From assembly GCA_963827655.1 (NCBI GenBank), contig CAWHCF010000020.1, positions 128,001 to 192,000 of the forward strand: a stretch of DNA of 64,000 nucleotides, in the 5' to 3' direction. Every line of letters begins with the position of its first letter. The first letter of the stretch is position 1. This document shows, one piece after another, positions 19,363 to 30,574 of this stretch. A program made the translations under genes and the position numbers. The notes beneath the pieces are model-generated. The model made no database searches, was not told where the DNA came from, and was given only the letters and a program-made list of their open reading frames with translations. Source of the DNA: an uncultured Acidobacteriota bacterium (GTDB lineage Bacteria > Acidobacteriota > UBA6911).

Positions 19363-20319
19363 ATGAGCAAAACCATAACCCGCCGGGCGTTTCTGAAAAC
19401 CTCCTCTCTTGTAACCCTGGGGACACAGATCCCGGCGCTTCGGGCTTTGCCGCGAGAGGCGGAGTTCAGAATCGGAATAACAACCAACACCCGTGGTGGC
19501 TGGGAGAAGGACTTGATCAAGTCTTTCCGCGAAGCTTCCGAGGTAGGGTATCGAGCAGTTGAGACCTTCTACTCTTTCGTTCAACCCTATTGGGAAAAAC
19601 CGGACGAGATGAAAAAAATTCTCGCCGATCTCAATCTTCGGTTCGTTACCGTCTCCAATGGCGGTCCCATGGTGATGCAGTTTGAAGACCCGTCCAAGGA
19701 AAAGCAGATTATCGAGGAGCATGTCAAGTTAGTTCGCTGGATCAAGGGATTCGGCTGCACACATCTCAAGATCAATACCGGCAGGCGCCGTCCGGAAGGC
19801 ACGACGGAAGAAGACTTGAAACAGATGGCCAAGACCATGAACGAGCTGGGGAAGCGCATCAGTGACGAAGGTCTGAAATTCGGGGTTCATGCCCATCTCT
19901 GGACCCAGCTGCAGGATCGTGCCGAGATCGATCGCCTCATGGCGCTTACCGATCCAAAGCACGTCTATATGGTGCTCGACACCGGTCACATCACGATGGC
20001 TGGAATCGATCCCGTAGACCTGACGAAGTCTTACGTCCAACGCATCGTCGAATATCATATGAAAGACTGCAAACCTGAAGATCGGGGTGGCCACAAGGGC
20101 GGGACTCCCCAGCGCGAGGGTTATACCGATAAGGGGAAGCGTATTTTCTACGAGCTCGGCAAAGGCGGGGTCGATTTCCCGGCAATTCTGGCGATACTGA
20201 AGAAGAACCAGTGGAATGGCTGGCTGACTGTCGAGTTGGACTCCACCGATACGACGCCGAAAGAAAGCGCCGCTCAGAGCAAGCGCTACCTGGAAGAAGC
20301 GCTGAAGCTCAAGCTTTAA
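19363..20319 (+). CDS. Sugar phosphate isomerase/epimerase (xylose isomerase-like TIM barrel), Tat signal
   Basis: AGGAGG RBS; TRRAFLK; LDTGH, HMKD, ELGKG.VDF, WLTVELD. Confidence 0.88.
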   Translation: MSKTITRRAFLKTSSLVTLGTQIPALRALPREAEFRIGITTNTRGGWEKDLIKSFREASEVGYRAVETFYSFVQPYWEKPDEMKKILADLNLRFVTVSNGGPMVMQFEDPSKEKQIIEEHVKLVRWIKGFGCTHLKINTGRRRPEGTTEEDLKQMAKTMNELGKRISDEGLKFGVHAHLWTQLQDRAEIDRLMALTDPKHVYMVLDTGHITMAGIDPVDLTKSYVQRIVEYHMKDCKPEDRGGHKGGTPQREGYTDKGKRIFYELGKGGVDFPAILAILKKNQWNGWLTVELDSTDTTPKESAAQSKRYLEEALKLKL

Positions 20320-20552
20320 GGGCTCGCGCAGAAATAACTTCACATTCTGGCGCGAGAGTCGGTGTCAATCATGAACCGGTTACTGTTAGCTAAGCAAGCT
20401 GAGGATCGCGCGCCCTTCGGGCTGCGGCCCGCAGGCCCGCTGGCTTTGTTGCTCGCTCCTCACGTACCGCCGCGGGTACGCATCGTCGCTTGCGCCTCGC
20501 CAGCGGGCCTGGGGGCCTGCAGCAGAATGCGAACTTATTTCTGCGCGAACCC
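20320..20552 (+). mobile_element. MITE copy 1 (233 bp), TAA target duplication
   Basis: TAA|GGGCTCGCGCAGAAATAACTTCACATTCTG ... CAGAATGCGAACTTATTTCTGCGCGAACCC|TAA. Confidence 0.85.
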
Positions 20553-20610
20553 TAAGTGTTTCTTCCTGTCTTCGCGTCCTGGTGGTATTTGTTGCGCAGT
20601 TCCTGCAAAA

Positions 20611-21507
20611 ATGCCTGAGAAACTGACACGCCGGAAAGTGCTCGCTGCGATGGGTGGGGCGAGCGCGCTTGCGGCTCTTCAACCAGACTATCGAATCATC
20701 GATTCTCACGTCCATGTCTGGAAGAACGATCCCAGGTATCCGTGGGCCAAGGAGACCACAAGAATACCGGATAAAGATGCCACTCCGGAGATGCTCCTTG
20801 CCTTGATGAAAGCGAGCGGCGTGGCGAAGACCGTCATTATCCAGGTGATTCATTACCGCTGGGACAACAGCTACGTTGCCGATGTCCTTAAGCAATATCC
20901 AGCCCATTTCCAGGGCGTGGCCCGAGTGAACCCGGAAGATCCGGAAGCGCCGGACCATCTGTCACGACTGGTCGAGGTACAGGGCTTTCGCGGAGTACGC
21001 CTCAGTCCGGCAGCCGATAGCGCGGGAGATTGGATCCTGGGTCCAGCGATGCCGCCGCTCTGGAAACGGTGCCAGGCTCTGAAAGTTCCCATGACAATAC
21101 TGGCGCCGGTGGTCAGGATGCCCGACGTCGGGCGGCTTATCGAGAAATTCCCGGATCTGACTGTTGTGATCGATCACATGGCCGACTCCCCGCTGGACAA
21201 ACCACACGAGCTTGAAAAACTGATCGCGTTGAAGCGATACCCCAGAGTGTTCGTCAAGATCTCGCATACCTGGTCATTGTCCAAACAACCCTACCCCTAT
21301 TACGATTCGCAGGAGCAGGTCAAACGGCTCTACGGATCATTCGGGCCGAAACGATTGATGTGGGGAACGGATTGGCCGCTGGTGGAGAATCACTGTGGCT
21401 ACGCCAGGGCGCTGGCCGTTGTTCGTGACGAGATGAAATTCTTGAACGAAGACGACCGAAGCTGGATTCTCAGCAAGACGGTTGAACAGGTGTGGCCTTT
21501 CTCATAG
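20611..21507 (+). CDS. Amidohydrolase family protein (Amidohydro_2)
   Basis: Tat-like TRRKVL; IDSHVHVW, VIDHMA, RLMWGTDWP. Confidence 0.88.
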   Translation: MPEKLTRRKVLAAMGGASALAALQPDYRIIDSHVHVWKNDPRYPWAKETTRIPDKDATPEMLLALMKASGVAKTVIIQVIHYRWDNSYVADVLKQYPAHFQGVARVNPEDPEAPDHLSRLVEVQGFRGVRLSPAADSAGDWILGPAMPPLWKRCQALKVPMTILAPVVRMPDVGRLIEKFPDLTVVIDHMADSPLDKPHELEKLIALKRYPRVFVKISHTWSLSKQPYPYYDSQEQVKRLYGSFGPKRLMWGTDWPLVENHCGYARALAVVRDEMKFLNEDDRSWILSKTVEQVWPFS

Positions 21508-21588
21508 TAAATTACCGTGAGTTGGAAGGGCACTGATAATAATCGGTCCGGTTGAAGGACCGGAGCGCTTGAACACGGGAGTAATACA

Positions 21589-22970
21589 ATGACCGAATTG
21601 AATGTAGCGGAATTGTTGCAACAAGATCGACAGCACCTGCTTCACCCACTCCATCATCCTGACGACCACGCCAAGCCCTTGGTCCTGGTCAAAGGCGAAG
21701 GCGCTGTGATTTGGGATGCACAGGGGGGAGAATACCTGGATGGATTGGCCGGCCTCTGGAACACCAACGTGGGGCATGGGCGCAGAGAACTGGCGGAAGC
21801 CGCCGCCGACCAGATGAGCAGGCTCGCCTTTTCATCGGGTTACACTCGGCTCTGCCAATATTCCCGCCATTCAGTTGAGCGCGCGGCTCAGCCAGCTGTC
21901 ATACCCGAGTCTGAATTCAGTCTTCTTCACCAGCGGCGGGGCCGAATCGAACGAGAGCGCATTCAAGACGGCGCGCTTCTACTGGAAGGCCAAAGGCAAA
22001 CCGGAAAAGGTCAAGATAATTTCTCGCTGGCATGCCTACCATGGCGTCACCATGGCGGCGATGAGCGCGACCGGGATTCAGCCCTTCTGGAAAATGTTTG
22101 AGCCGCGCGTGCCGGGCTTCGTGCACGTCCAATCTCCGTATCCCTACAGGTTCGAGGGCGCAAAACCAGGCGAAACCATCGGCGCCGCCGCGGCGCGAGC
22201 GTTGGAGGAAGCCATCATCGAGCAGAATCCGGACACGGTAGCCGCCTTCATAGCCGAACCCGTACAGGGGGCCGGAGGCGTCATCGTTCCACCCGACGAT
22301 TATTTTCCTCGCGTGCGAGAGATCTGTTCCAGATACAAGATCCTCTTTATCGCCGACGAGGTGATCACCGGATTCGGCCGCACGGGGCAATGGTTTGCCA
22401 TGGGCCGATGGGACGTCGAACCCGATATCATGTCTTTCGCCAAGGGGGTGACGAGTGGATATCATGCCGCTCGGCGGGATCATGGTATCGGATGAGATTG
22501 CGGGAACGATCAGGAGTGTCGCTCCGGAAAATCGCTGGATGCATGCGTTCACTTATTCCGGGCATCCGGCGTGCTGTGCGGTAGCGCTCAAGAATCTCGA
22601 GATCATCGAACGCGAGGGACTGGTGGAGCGAGCCGCGAAAATGGGCCGCCGCCTGCTCGACGAGCTCGGCAAACTGAAGAATCTGGATATCGTCGGTGAT
22701 GTCCGTGGACTGGGATTGATGGCCGGCGTCGAACTGGTTGCCGATCGCGCGACCAAAGCTCCCTTCGACCCCAAGCTGAGGGTGGGGGAATCGGTGCGAC
22801 GGGTCATGCAGGAACAGGGCGTATTCACGCGGGTACGGAACGACGTGATTCTGCTGGCCCCGCCCCTGGTGATTCGAGAGGACCAGATAGATCGAATGGC
22901 CGGCGTCGTCCGGTCTTCTATTCAGACCGTGCAGGAACGGGTGGGACAGACGGCTGGTCAACGAGGCTGA
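21589..22970 (+). CDS. Class III PLP aminotransferase, frameshifts near 21848 and 22462
   Basis: YLDGLAGLW..NVGHG, AYHG, FIAEPVQGAGG, IADEVITGFGRTG, FAKGVTSGY, TYSGHP. Confidence 0.9.
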
Positions 22971-23026
22971 TCGTTCACAAAACTCACCACTAAAGCAAGA
23001 AATTACGACCTTGTAATACGAAGGGC

Positions 23027-24010
23027 CTACGGGGCCGGCGCCAGCAGTTCCTTCAGCGCGACCTGCGCGCCGTTGCGTGACTTGCTCAAATCGGCAGCTT
23101 CCATGAAGGCCATCATCTCCAGGGTCTCCTCCGGCGCCACCGGCGGAGCGCCGGTTTCGAAGAACTTCACGATCGACGTCATGAGCGCGCCGTAGTCGGA
23201 TCCCTGGGGCGGGCCGGCGCTGCCTATCGACTTGCTGCCGAAGGCGACCGCGCCGTAACTGGTCGCGCCGTCCCGGATGCCGCGCACGACACCGGTACGA
23301 CCATCTTTCCAGCGTCCCACCACAACATCCGCGCCCTTGGTGTGAACCCGGCTCACGCTCTCGCAGCCCGGGCCCATCAATGTGTACAGGATCTCGACGG
23401 CATGGATGCCATACCAGTAGAGGTCGGGATGGTGCGGTTCGGTCGGCGCAGGACCGTAGGTGAATGCCCCCAGGATCTCTCCGAGACCGGTGTTCTTCTT
23501 GAGCCCTTGAGCGATGGACGAGAATCGCAGCCCGGAGGTGCTGAAAAACGGAGTTCCCGATTCGCGCGCCAGCCGGACGATTTCAAGGGCGTCTTTGGTG
23601 TTTCCGGCGAAGGGCTTGTCGATGAAGACGCGCTTCTTGGCGGCGAAAACCGGCCGCACCTGCTTCAGATGCGTGCGGCCGTCGACGCTGGTGATAATCA
23701 CGGCGTCGACTTTGCGGGTCAATTCCTCGATCGAGTCTACGATCTCTATCTTCCACTTGTCTCGAATCTCCGCGGTAAATTTTTCGATCCGGGTTGCGCT
23801 CGATTCGACGTCGGGGCTTCCTCCTTTGAACGCTGCAACGATTCGCGCGCCCCGAACGTGGTCGGGGCGGGAAGGATCGTTGAGCAGTTGCGCAAATTGG
23901 ATCACGTGTGACGTATCCAGACCAATGAGTCCGACCTTGATCTCGGTCTGCGCCGCCGCCGGTTGAACCAGCAGAACGCCAAAGCAGAACAACGCAAGCA
24001 GGTTTTTCAT
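23027..24010 (-). CDS. Exported Gfo/Idh/MocA family oxidoreductase
   Basis: Signal peptide; [20 protein letters not shown]. Confidence 0.88.
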   Translation of the reverse strand: MKNLLALFCFGVLLVQPAAAQTEIKVGLIGLDTSHVIQFAQLLNDPSRPDHVRGARIVAAFKGGSPDVESSATRIEKFTAEIRDKWKIEIVDSIEELTRKVDAVIITSVDGRTHLKQVRPVFAAKKRVFIDKPFAGNTKDALEIVRLARESGTPFFSTSGLRFSSIAQGLKKNTGLGEILGAFTYGPAPTEPHHPDLYWYGIHAVEILYTLMGPGCESVSRVHTKGADVVVGRWKDGRTGVVRGIRDGATSYGAVAFGSKSIGSAGPPQGSDYGALMTSIVKFFETGAPPVAPEETLEMMAFMEAADLSKSRNGAQVALKELLAPAP

Positions 24011-24057
24011 GGTTGAGCCTCGCATCTTTGTGTCTTCGCGTCTTGGCGGTGGTTTTT

Positions 24058-24270
24058 CTAAGCCTCGGAGCGCGATAGAATCGCCACGCCGGCGCCGAAG
24101 CAGATGACACCGACCGAGAGCAGAATCGCGCAGGGGATAAACATCTCACCCAGGGTGAACCCGCGCCAGATCGCGCCCTCGAGAGCGAGGATACCCCATT
24201 TGACAGGACTCAGGTGACTGATTCTTTGCATCCACCCCGGCATCATCATGAGCGGCACCATTCCCCCGCC
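24058..24270 (-). pseudogene. C-terminal remnant of an ABC-2 type permease
   Basis: GGMVPLMMMPGWMQRISHLSPVKWGILALEGAIWRG; no upstream coding region. Confidence 0.65.
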
Positions 24271-24469
24271 GACTCGCTCAAGAGCATTCGTGCTTCCTCC
24301 GCCGCATGGCCGAGGAGATTACAGAAAGGTGATGGCGCGGATGTTAATAGATTTCGGTCAGTGGCAGATTCAGACCGCGAACAAAGGCTAACCACAAAGA
24401 CACGAAGACGCCAAGTAAACCTCGGACGGGTTCTGGACGTCTAACGACTCGTGACTGCAAGGAGGATCC

Positions 24470-26869
24470 ATGCCCGCATACCGGGACCTTAAATTCGCGT
24501 TGCGCATTCTGGCCCGGCAGCCTGGCTTCAGCCTGATGGTGGTCGGGATGCTGGGGCTGGGGATCGCCGGAGCCAGTGCCATCTTCAGTCTCTACAATGG
24601 CCTGTTCCTCGCGCCGCTGCCGTTTCCGGAGGCGGAACGTCTGGTAGACCTGGATGAGGTTGCGCCCAAGTGGAATCTGGAATTCGTGGGCATTGCCTAC
24701 CAGGACTTCCACGTCTGGAGGACCCAGAACCGGACCTTTGAAGGAATGGCGGTCTGGGATGACGAGAGCTTCAACCTCTCCGGACTCGAGCGGCCCGAGC
24801 GGGTCGAGGGGGCGCGCGTGACCCACGATCTGCTGGCCGTGCTCCGGGTTCGACTCATGCTGGGGAGAGGCTTCCTGGCCGACGAGGATCGGCCCGGCGG
24901 GGCCAGGGTGGCGCTCATCGGCTACGGACTCTGGCAGCGGATATTCGGCGGCAAGGAGGACGTGCTGGGACAGAAGTTACAGCTCAACAGCGAGTCCTAC
25001 ACGATCGTGGGCGTTCTACCTCCGGAAGCGGTGCTGCCGGCTCGCGCGGAGTTGTGGATTCCGCTCGCAACCAGCACGGAGGAATACCGAGGCTGGTATC
25101 TCAGCGGTGTCGGCCGCCTGAAGGCGGACGCATCCATAGGACAGGCGCGCGACGATCTGACTCGGATTCACAGGGGAATGATCGAGACGCGCCAGGTGAA
25201 CGAGATCACATCGCCCAAGCTCCTGCCCCTGCGGGAGCGCTACCTTGGGAACCTGCGTCTGGTCACGATGGTCCTGCTGGCGGCGGTCGCAGCGATACTG
25301 CTGATCGCGTGTGTGAACATCGCCGGGCTGATGCTGGCCCGGGGAGCCGTGCGAACCCGGGAGCTTGGGATTCGGGCGGCGCTGGGCGCGTCGCGCGGAC
25401 GAATCGTGCGGCAGCTGTTGACCGAGAGCCTGGTCCTGTCGGCGGCCGGCGGAGTCCTGGGGGTTGCGCTGGGATCGGCAGCCTTGAAGTCTCTCGTCAC
25501 AATCATGCCCGACCAGCTGCCACGCTGGGTGCGCTTCAGCCTCGACACGCGGTTCCTGGTATTCTCGATCGGAGTCTCGGTGGCGGCCGCCGTGCTGTTC
25601 GGGCTATGGCCGGCGCTCGTGGCGTCCAGGGTCGATGTGCGAGGGGCGCTCCACGACGCCTCCGCAAGAGCATCCGCCTCGGCCGGGAGACGCCGGAGCT
25701 TGAATGCTCTGGTCGTGGGAGAAGTGGCGCTCGCCGTGGTCCTGCTGGTAGGCGCCGGGTTGCTGATCCAGGCGTTTATCAGGCTTCAGAAGGTAGATCC
25801 GGGTTTTCGGCCTCAGGGTGTGCTGATGTACCGGGTTTCGTTGCCCGAGGCAAAATACGGCAAGCCGGAACAGCGGCGCGCCTTCTTTCAACATCTGGTG
25901 GCGCGTCACCGGGCGATGCCCGGAGTGGAAGCGGCCGCGGCGATCAGCGCGCCGCCGCTCGGCGGTCACTGGGGGAATTTCTTCGACATCGAGAACGCGC
26001 CGCCGAGCAGGCCCAACGAGCAGGATCCGGTGGTGCTTGTGCGGATAGCCACACCGGGCTACTTCCGTGCTATGGGTGTGACGCTGCTGGGCGGGCGCGA
26101 CTTCACCGATGCCGACGGCCGGACGGAGGGATCGCAGGGGGCGATCGTGAATGAAAGCTTCGCGAAGCGGTTTTTCCCCGATACGGACCCGGTGGGGAAG
26201 CGGATTCGCTTTCGCGGCTCCCGGAATCCGTGGATGACGGTGCTCGGCCTGGCGAAGGACGTGAAACACTATGGAGTCGACCAGGAGATGCGCCCGGGCG
26301 TTTACCTGCCGCATACGCAAAATGCGTCGTCCGGCATGGCGATCGTCGCCCGGACCTCGGTCGAGCCTCTCAGCCTGGTGCCGGCTGCGCGCGATATCTT
26401 GCGCGCGATGGATCCTGAGATTCCCATGTTCCAGATCACGACCATGGCGCGGCGGCTCGAGGAGTCGTTGTGGATCCGGCGAGCCTATTCGTGGCTGCTG
26501 GCGGTATTTGCCGGTGTCGCGCTCCTGCTGGCGATCGCTGGCACTTATGGTGTGATTTCCTATACCGTGAGCAGCAGGACCAACGAGATCGGCATCCGCA
26601 TGGCCCTGGGGGCGCAGCCTGGCCAGTTGCTGCGCGAGGTCCTGGGGCAGGGAATGCTGCTTGCAGTTCTCGGTCTCGTGCTGGGCCTGGCTGGGGCATT
26701 CTGGTCGGCGCGGCTGATGGAGTCGCTGTTGGTCGGCTCGAGCGCAAAAGATCCGCTGACCTACGGCGCGGTGAGTCTGATACTGTTTCTGGCGGCGCTG
26801 GCGGCGAACTTCCTGCCGGCCCGGAGGGCTGCCGCCATCGATCCCATGACCGCCCTGCGATTTGAGTAG
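24470..26869 (+). CDS. Duplicated MacB/FtsX-type ABC permease (ADOP-like)
   Basis: AAGGAGG RBS; DLKFALR.L...PGF, LLIACVNIAGL, RELGIRAALGA, EIGIRMALGA, PARRAA.IDPM.ALR.E. Confidence 0.93.
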   Translation: MPAYRDLKFALRILARQPGFSLMVVGMLGLGIAGASAIFSLYNGLFLAPLPFPEAERLVDLDEVAPKWNLEFVGIAYQDFHVWRTQNRTFEGMAVWDDESFNLSGLERPERVEGARVTHDLLAVLRVRLMLGRGFLADEDRPGGARVALIGYGLWQRIFGGKEDVLGQKLQLNSESYTIVGVLPPEAVLPARAELWIPLATSTEEYRGWYLSGVGRLKADASIGQARDDLTRIHRGMIETRQVNEITSPKLLPLRERYLGNLRLVTMVLLAAVAAILLIACVNIAGLMLARGAVRTRELGIRAALGASRGRIVRQLLTESLVLSAAGGVLGVALGSAALKSLVTIMPDQLPRWVRFSLDTRFLVFSIGVSVAAAVLFGLWPALVASRVDVRGALHDASARASASAGRRRSLNALVVGEVALAVVLLVGAGLLIQAFIRLQKVDPGFRPQGVLMYRVSLPEAKYGKPEQRRAFFQHLVARHRAMPGVEAAAAISAPPLGGHWGNFFDIENAPPSRPNEQDPVVLVRIATPGYFRAMGVTLLGGRDFTDADGRTEGSQGAIVNESFAKRFFPDTDPVGKRIRFRGSRNPWMTVLGLAKDVKHYGVDQEMRPGVYLPHTQNASSGMAIVARTSVEPLSLVPAARDILRAMDPEIPMFQITTMARRLEESLWIRRAYSWLLAVFAGVALLLAIAGTYGVISYTVSSRTNEIGIRMALGAQPGQLLREVLGQGMLLAVLGLVLGLAGAFWSARLMESLLVGSSAKDPLTYGAVSLILFLAALAANFLPARRAAAIDPMTALRFE

Positions 26870-26911
26870 GCGGCAACGTTACCAGCCGGCTGTTTGCGCG
26901 ACCATGCTGGG

Positions 26912-28207
26912 TCAGAACCCAAACTTATCCAGCAGGTCGATCACATGAGGTTCATTGTCACCGACAATACTGACCTTGCTGGCAAAGTCAGGGTTCGCAG
27001 CGAATAAGGCCGCCAGGCTGTGTTTCTTGGGAGACCAATCTTCTCTCACTTTTTTTGCCCGGTTCTTTTGTTTCTTCTTCTTCTCTTTATTCTGCTCTTT
27101 CTCCCAGTCTTGTTTGCGTCCCACGTCGATCTCTTCTACCGGATAGGTGAGATGGATGGTGTAGTCCTCGTCGCCACGAGCATTCAGCAACATTTCCAGC
27201 GACTCGCGCTCGGGATTGCCATGCTCGCCGTTACCTGAAAAGACATAGTGGCGGGCGATAATGCGTTCAAAAAAATCGTCGTCCAGGTTGTTTGAGCTGC
27301 CGTGGTGGGGGACCTTGAGCACGTCTACTTCCAGCGTGCCACCCTCTTCAACGAGACCTGTGAGCTCCAATCCTTGGAGAATCCTGTCGCCGCGCGCATC
27401 GCCGGTTAACAGTATGCGCTTGCCGCCAGCTTCCGCGAGCACGACGACGCTCGCCAGGTTGGGTACGGACTCATCCACGTAATCAGAAAGCACGTCCTCG
27501 GGTGTCTTGCCTGCTTTCTTAAGCTCCTTGAGCCAGGCCTGGTGCTTCTCATGGAGCTTCTTCAACTCGCGAAGCATCGGTCCAACTACCGTGAGACTCA
27601 GCCCATTCTCCATATCAATGGCTTCGGCCTTTGCTTGGGCAAGAATTAGTTCGCCACCAAATTCAGGATTTAAAGGGAATTTCAGCGTATTGACGTCGCT
27701 GCGCAACTGAGCGCCCTGAGCAATGCTCGCCAGAACTTTCATGGTGGAAACAACCGTCTCTTCGTCCTCATCCTCCACGTCCAGCGTAAGGTCCGGCGGA
27801 TCACCATCCATCGAGGCGGCACCGAATTGGCTCTTGAAAGACGCCGTCAACTCGTCAGGCGTATGGTCGATGAGATTCTCGAAGCTGTTGTGCCAGAAGC
27901 TGAACACTTGCACGAGCTGTGGCTTCTTGGCCTTCTGTGCAGTGACAAGTTCTTTCGTCAAATCAAGAATGCCCTGGATGTGATCATCATCGACATGGCT
28001 CACCATCAGCACATCAACCGGCAGCGGCTTGTTGTCCTCCAGCTTACGCGCCTTTCTGATTTGCCTGATTCGCGGTTTCAGGAACGGGTTATACACGCCC
28101 CGCGGCCCTCCATCGATCATCACAACGTGCGGATCGTCGGGAGAACCGTAGTGCAACATCAGGCAATCACCCTTGCGAGCCTTCATGACATCCAGACTGA
28201 ATAACAT
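26912..28207 (-). CDS. Cytoplasmic MBL-fold metallo-hydrolase (ComEC/Rec2-like, possible nuclease)
   Basis: GDC, IDGG, SHVDDDHIQG, LLTGDA, KVPHHGS, HGNP; no signal peptide or TM; GGAGAG RBS. Confidence 0.88.
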   Translation of the reverse strand: MLFSLDVMKARKGDCLMLHYGSPDDPHVVMIDGGPRGVYNPFLKPRIRQIRKARKLEDNKPLPVDVLMVSHVDDDHIQGILDLTKELVTAQKAKKPQLVQVFSFWHNSFENLIDHTPDELTASFKSQFGAASMDGDPPDLTLDVEDEDEETVVSTMKVLASIAQGAQLRSDVNTLKFPLNPEFGGELILAQAKAEAIDMENGLSLTVVGPMLRELKKLHEKHQAWLKELKKAGKTPEDVLSDYVDESVPNLASVVVLAEAGGKRILLTGDARGDRILQGLELTGLVEEGGTLEVDVLKVPHHGSSNNLDDDFFERIIARHYVFSGNGEHGNPERESLEMLLNARGDEDYTIHLTYPVEEIDVGRKQDWEKEQNKEKKKKQKNRAKKVREDWSPKKHSLAALFAANPDFASKVSIVGDNEPHVIDLLDKFGF

Positions 28208-28225
28208 GGTCGCTCTCCGTTCTTA

Positions 28226-28378
28226 GGGCTCGCGCAGAAATAGGTTTGCATTCTGCTGAGCTAGCAGAAACCGGTGGTCAATGATTGACCACGGATTCGT
28301 TCGCGCAGCTTAATAGAGCCCCCGGAGCTGAGGCACTAAGGGTAAGAGCAGAATGTGAAGTTATTTCTGCGCGAACCC
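28226..28378 (+). mobile_element. MITE copy 2 (153 bp), TTA target duplication
   Basis: TTA|GGGCTCGCGCAGAAATAGG ... CAGAATGTGAAGTTATTTCTGCGCGAACCC|TTA. Confidence 0.85.
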
Positions 28379-30346
28379 TTAGATAGATTGAAAGGAACGC
28401 AGCACGTCGAGCATGCCATGCCCCTGGAAGCTGCGCTCCCTTCCGAGGTCGGTGGCGCTTTCACACAGGATGCGTTTTATGCGCCGCGGCTGGCCGATCA
28501 ACTCCGAATAACGAGCCATCAGCATCGCCGCTGCGCCACTGACATGCGGCGCCGCCATGCTGGTACCGTCGAGATCACCCCAGGCGCCGCCCAGATTGTG
28601 ATCGCCGGGAAATGGCGCCCGGATACGCTCACCTGGAGCAACGAGGTCCGGTTTAAGACGACCGTCGCCCGTTGGTCCGCGACTCGAGAAAAAGCTCACG
28701 CCGTATGTGTGCGGCCAGAATCGATGAGTGGCACCGACGGTGATAACGCCATCAGCGTTACCGGGATCGGTGATGCTGAAGGCGGCATAGCTGTCGTAGG
28801 CGCCCTCCTTCGTTTCAAAACTCTTGTAGCCGTGGTTGCCCGCGGCAGCCACAACAAAGACACCACTGGCTACGAGACGCTCGCATTCTTCGCAGATAGG
28901 CGTGCGACCGCAGGCAAAATTGCGTACGTCATGCGGGATCGACAGGCTCAGATTGGCTCCGTGTATGGTCAGGAAATTGTCCCGGTCATTCAGGTAACGG
29001 ATGAACTGCAGCGCAGCGATGATCGCAAACTCGGTTTCAGTGAGATCTGCCGCCAATACCCGGAAATCGTAGAGCATGATGTCCGGACACATCCCGTCGG
29101 CAAAGTCATCGTTATCGGCTCCCGCTCGGTCTTTCAGCGAGGCAACCACAGCGTTCTTGTTAGCGCCGATAATTCCTGCCACGTGTGTGCCGTGGTTGGT
29201 CCTGGTTTCGGTCTCAGGCTTGATTTCGACGAACCTTGCCACCAACTCCCAGTGAACGTCTCCGCGGGTGCGTGAGTCATCTGCCAATCGTTTCAGATCG
29301 GCATCAGGATTCTCAGGCGGCTTCAACAACTTCTTGCCGTTCTCGCCTGTAGTGAGGAACTCGACGTTCTGTTTCCCTGATCGCCTCTTTCGAATTGCTG
29401 AGACTGACGATCCGGCGAAAATTCTTGAAATCGAAACTGCGCTTGACGCGACTGACTGGGACGGCATCGGTGGTTCTGAAAGCCGGGTGATTTCCGTCGA
29501 TTCCTGAATCCAGCACCGCCCACCCAATTTCGCTGCAATTGACCTTGAAAAGCGTTGTGGCCGCATCCGCCTTGACCGCCGGAATCGAACGAGACAAGGC
29601 CGGCATCGCGCGCCGGTTGAGTGAAACCTGCCATACCAGCGGCTTGCGTGCCGGATCTGACAACATTTTTTCTGATAGATCGGAGAGCAGTCGCACCATC
29701 TCGTGTGGACTGGCGTTCTTCAGGATATAACGGATCAGGATCGTATGTCGTGGTTAAAGGATCTGCGGGAGGCGTGGGTTTTACCGGCCCAGAGAATCAG
29801 CCCCGTCAACGCGAGGAAGCGGGTCAGTGGCGGCATTTCCGGTAATCGCTCGTATCCGGTTTTCGAGTGCCAGCCCGATGCGGATTTTAGAATGCTCGTA
29901 AGGGCATCTTTTACGGCATCAGCATTGTAATCCTGGACCGCGTGTGTTTCCTTGGTACTGGTTCCCGCAACTGAGTTCGAGCCCTTCACCTTCTTCTTTG
30001 GCTTGGGCAGTTCGGATTTCCGCCATCTGGAAATCCACCAATTGGTCTTCGGAGCCACGACTCTCAACACCTCTTCGAAGGTAAGACGGGCTACGACAAT
30101 TCCCTGCAGGTAAGCAATGTTCGCGCGATCGTCATCACCCGTAACTCCTTCATCGATAATCGCGGCTACGGCGCCGGCATACTGGCCACGATAGGGCGCA
30201 ATCAGCAGATCCAAGCGCTCGTTTGGTGCCTGGCCAAACGCGACCCAGACATCTCCCAGGATCGGGGAGTCCTGAAGTTGTCGCCGGTCATCCAACGGGC
30301 CCAGGAGAACGAACTCAATCAGGGGGCTCGGGATTGGAATTGCCAT
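28379..30346 (-). CDS. Cytoplasmic subtilisin-like S8 serine protease with long N-terminal region, 2-3 frameshifts
   Basis: GGAGG RBS; AVLDSGID (29313..29699), NHGTHVAG, AAGN, GTSMAAPHV (28379..29566); N-terminal part in 29735..30346. Confidence 0.88.
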
Positions 30347-30452
30347 TTCTTACCTCCGCTACGTGAAGCCAATTCTAGTTAGAGGCTGGTACGAAGTTGC
30401 TGCGCCGAAAGTGCTCATTTCAGGATGTCCTCTGTTTTCTTGAGTTCTCTCA

Positions 30453-30574
30453 GGGTCACTTTACGCGCAGAAATAATTCGCACTACCAGGCCTCCAGGGC
30501 TTAGCTAACAGAAACCGGTTCATGATTGACCACCACTCTCGCGCCAGAATGTGAAGTCATTTCTGCGCGAGCCC
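30453..30574 (-). mobile_element. MITE copy 3 (short, inverted, one degenerate end)
   Basis: cgcgcagaaataa ... cagaatgtgaagtcatttctgcgcgagccc|tta; interior is the reverse complement of the start of copy 1. Confidence 0.7.

Noticed and set aside
20362-20610. N-terminal extensions of the ORFs at 20362, 9112, 11818, 51941 and 61890
   Set aside because: They are translations of MITE, REP-like or heptamer repeats; better starts lie downstream in most cases.
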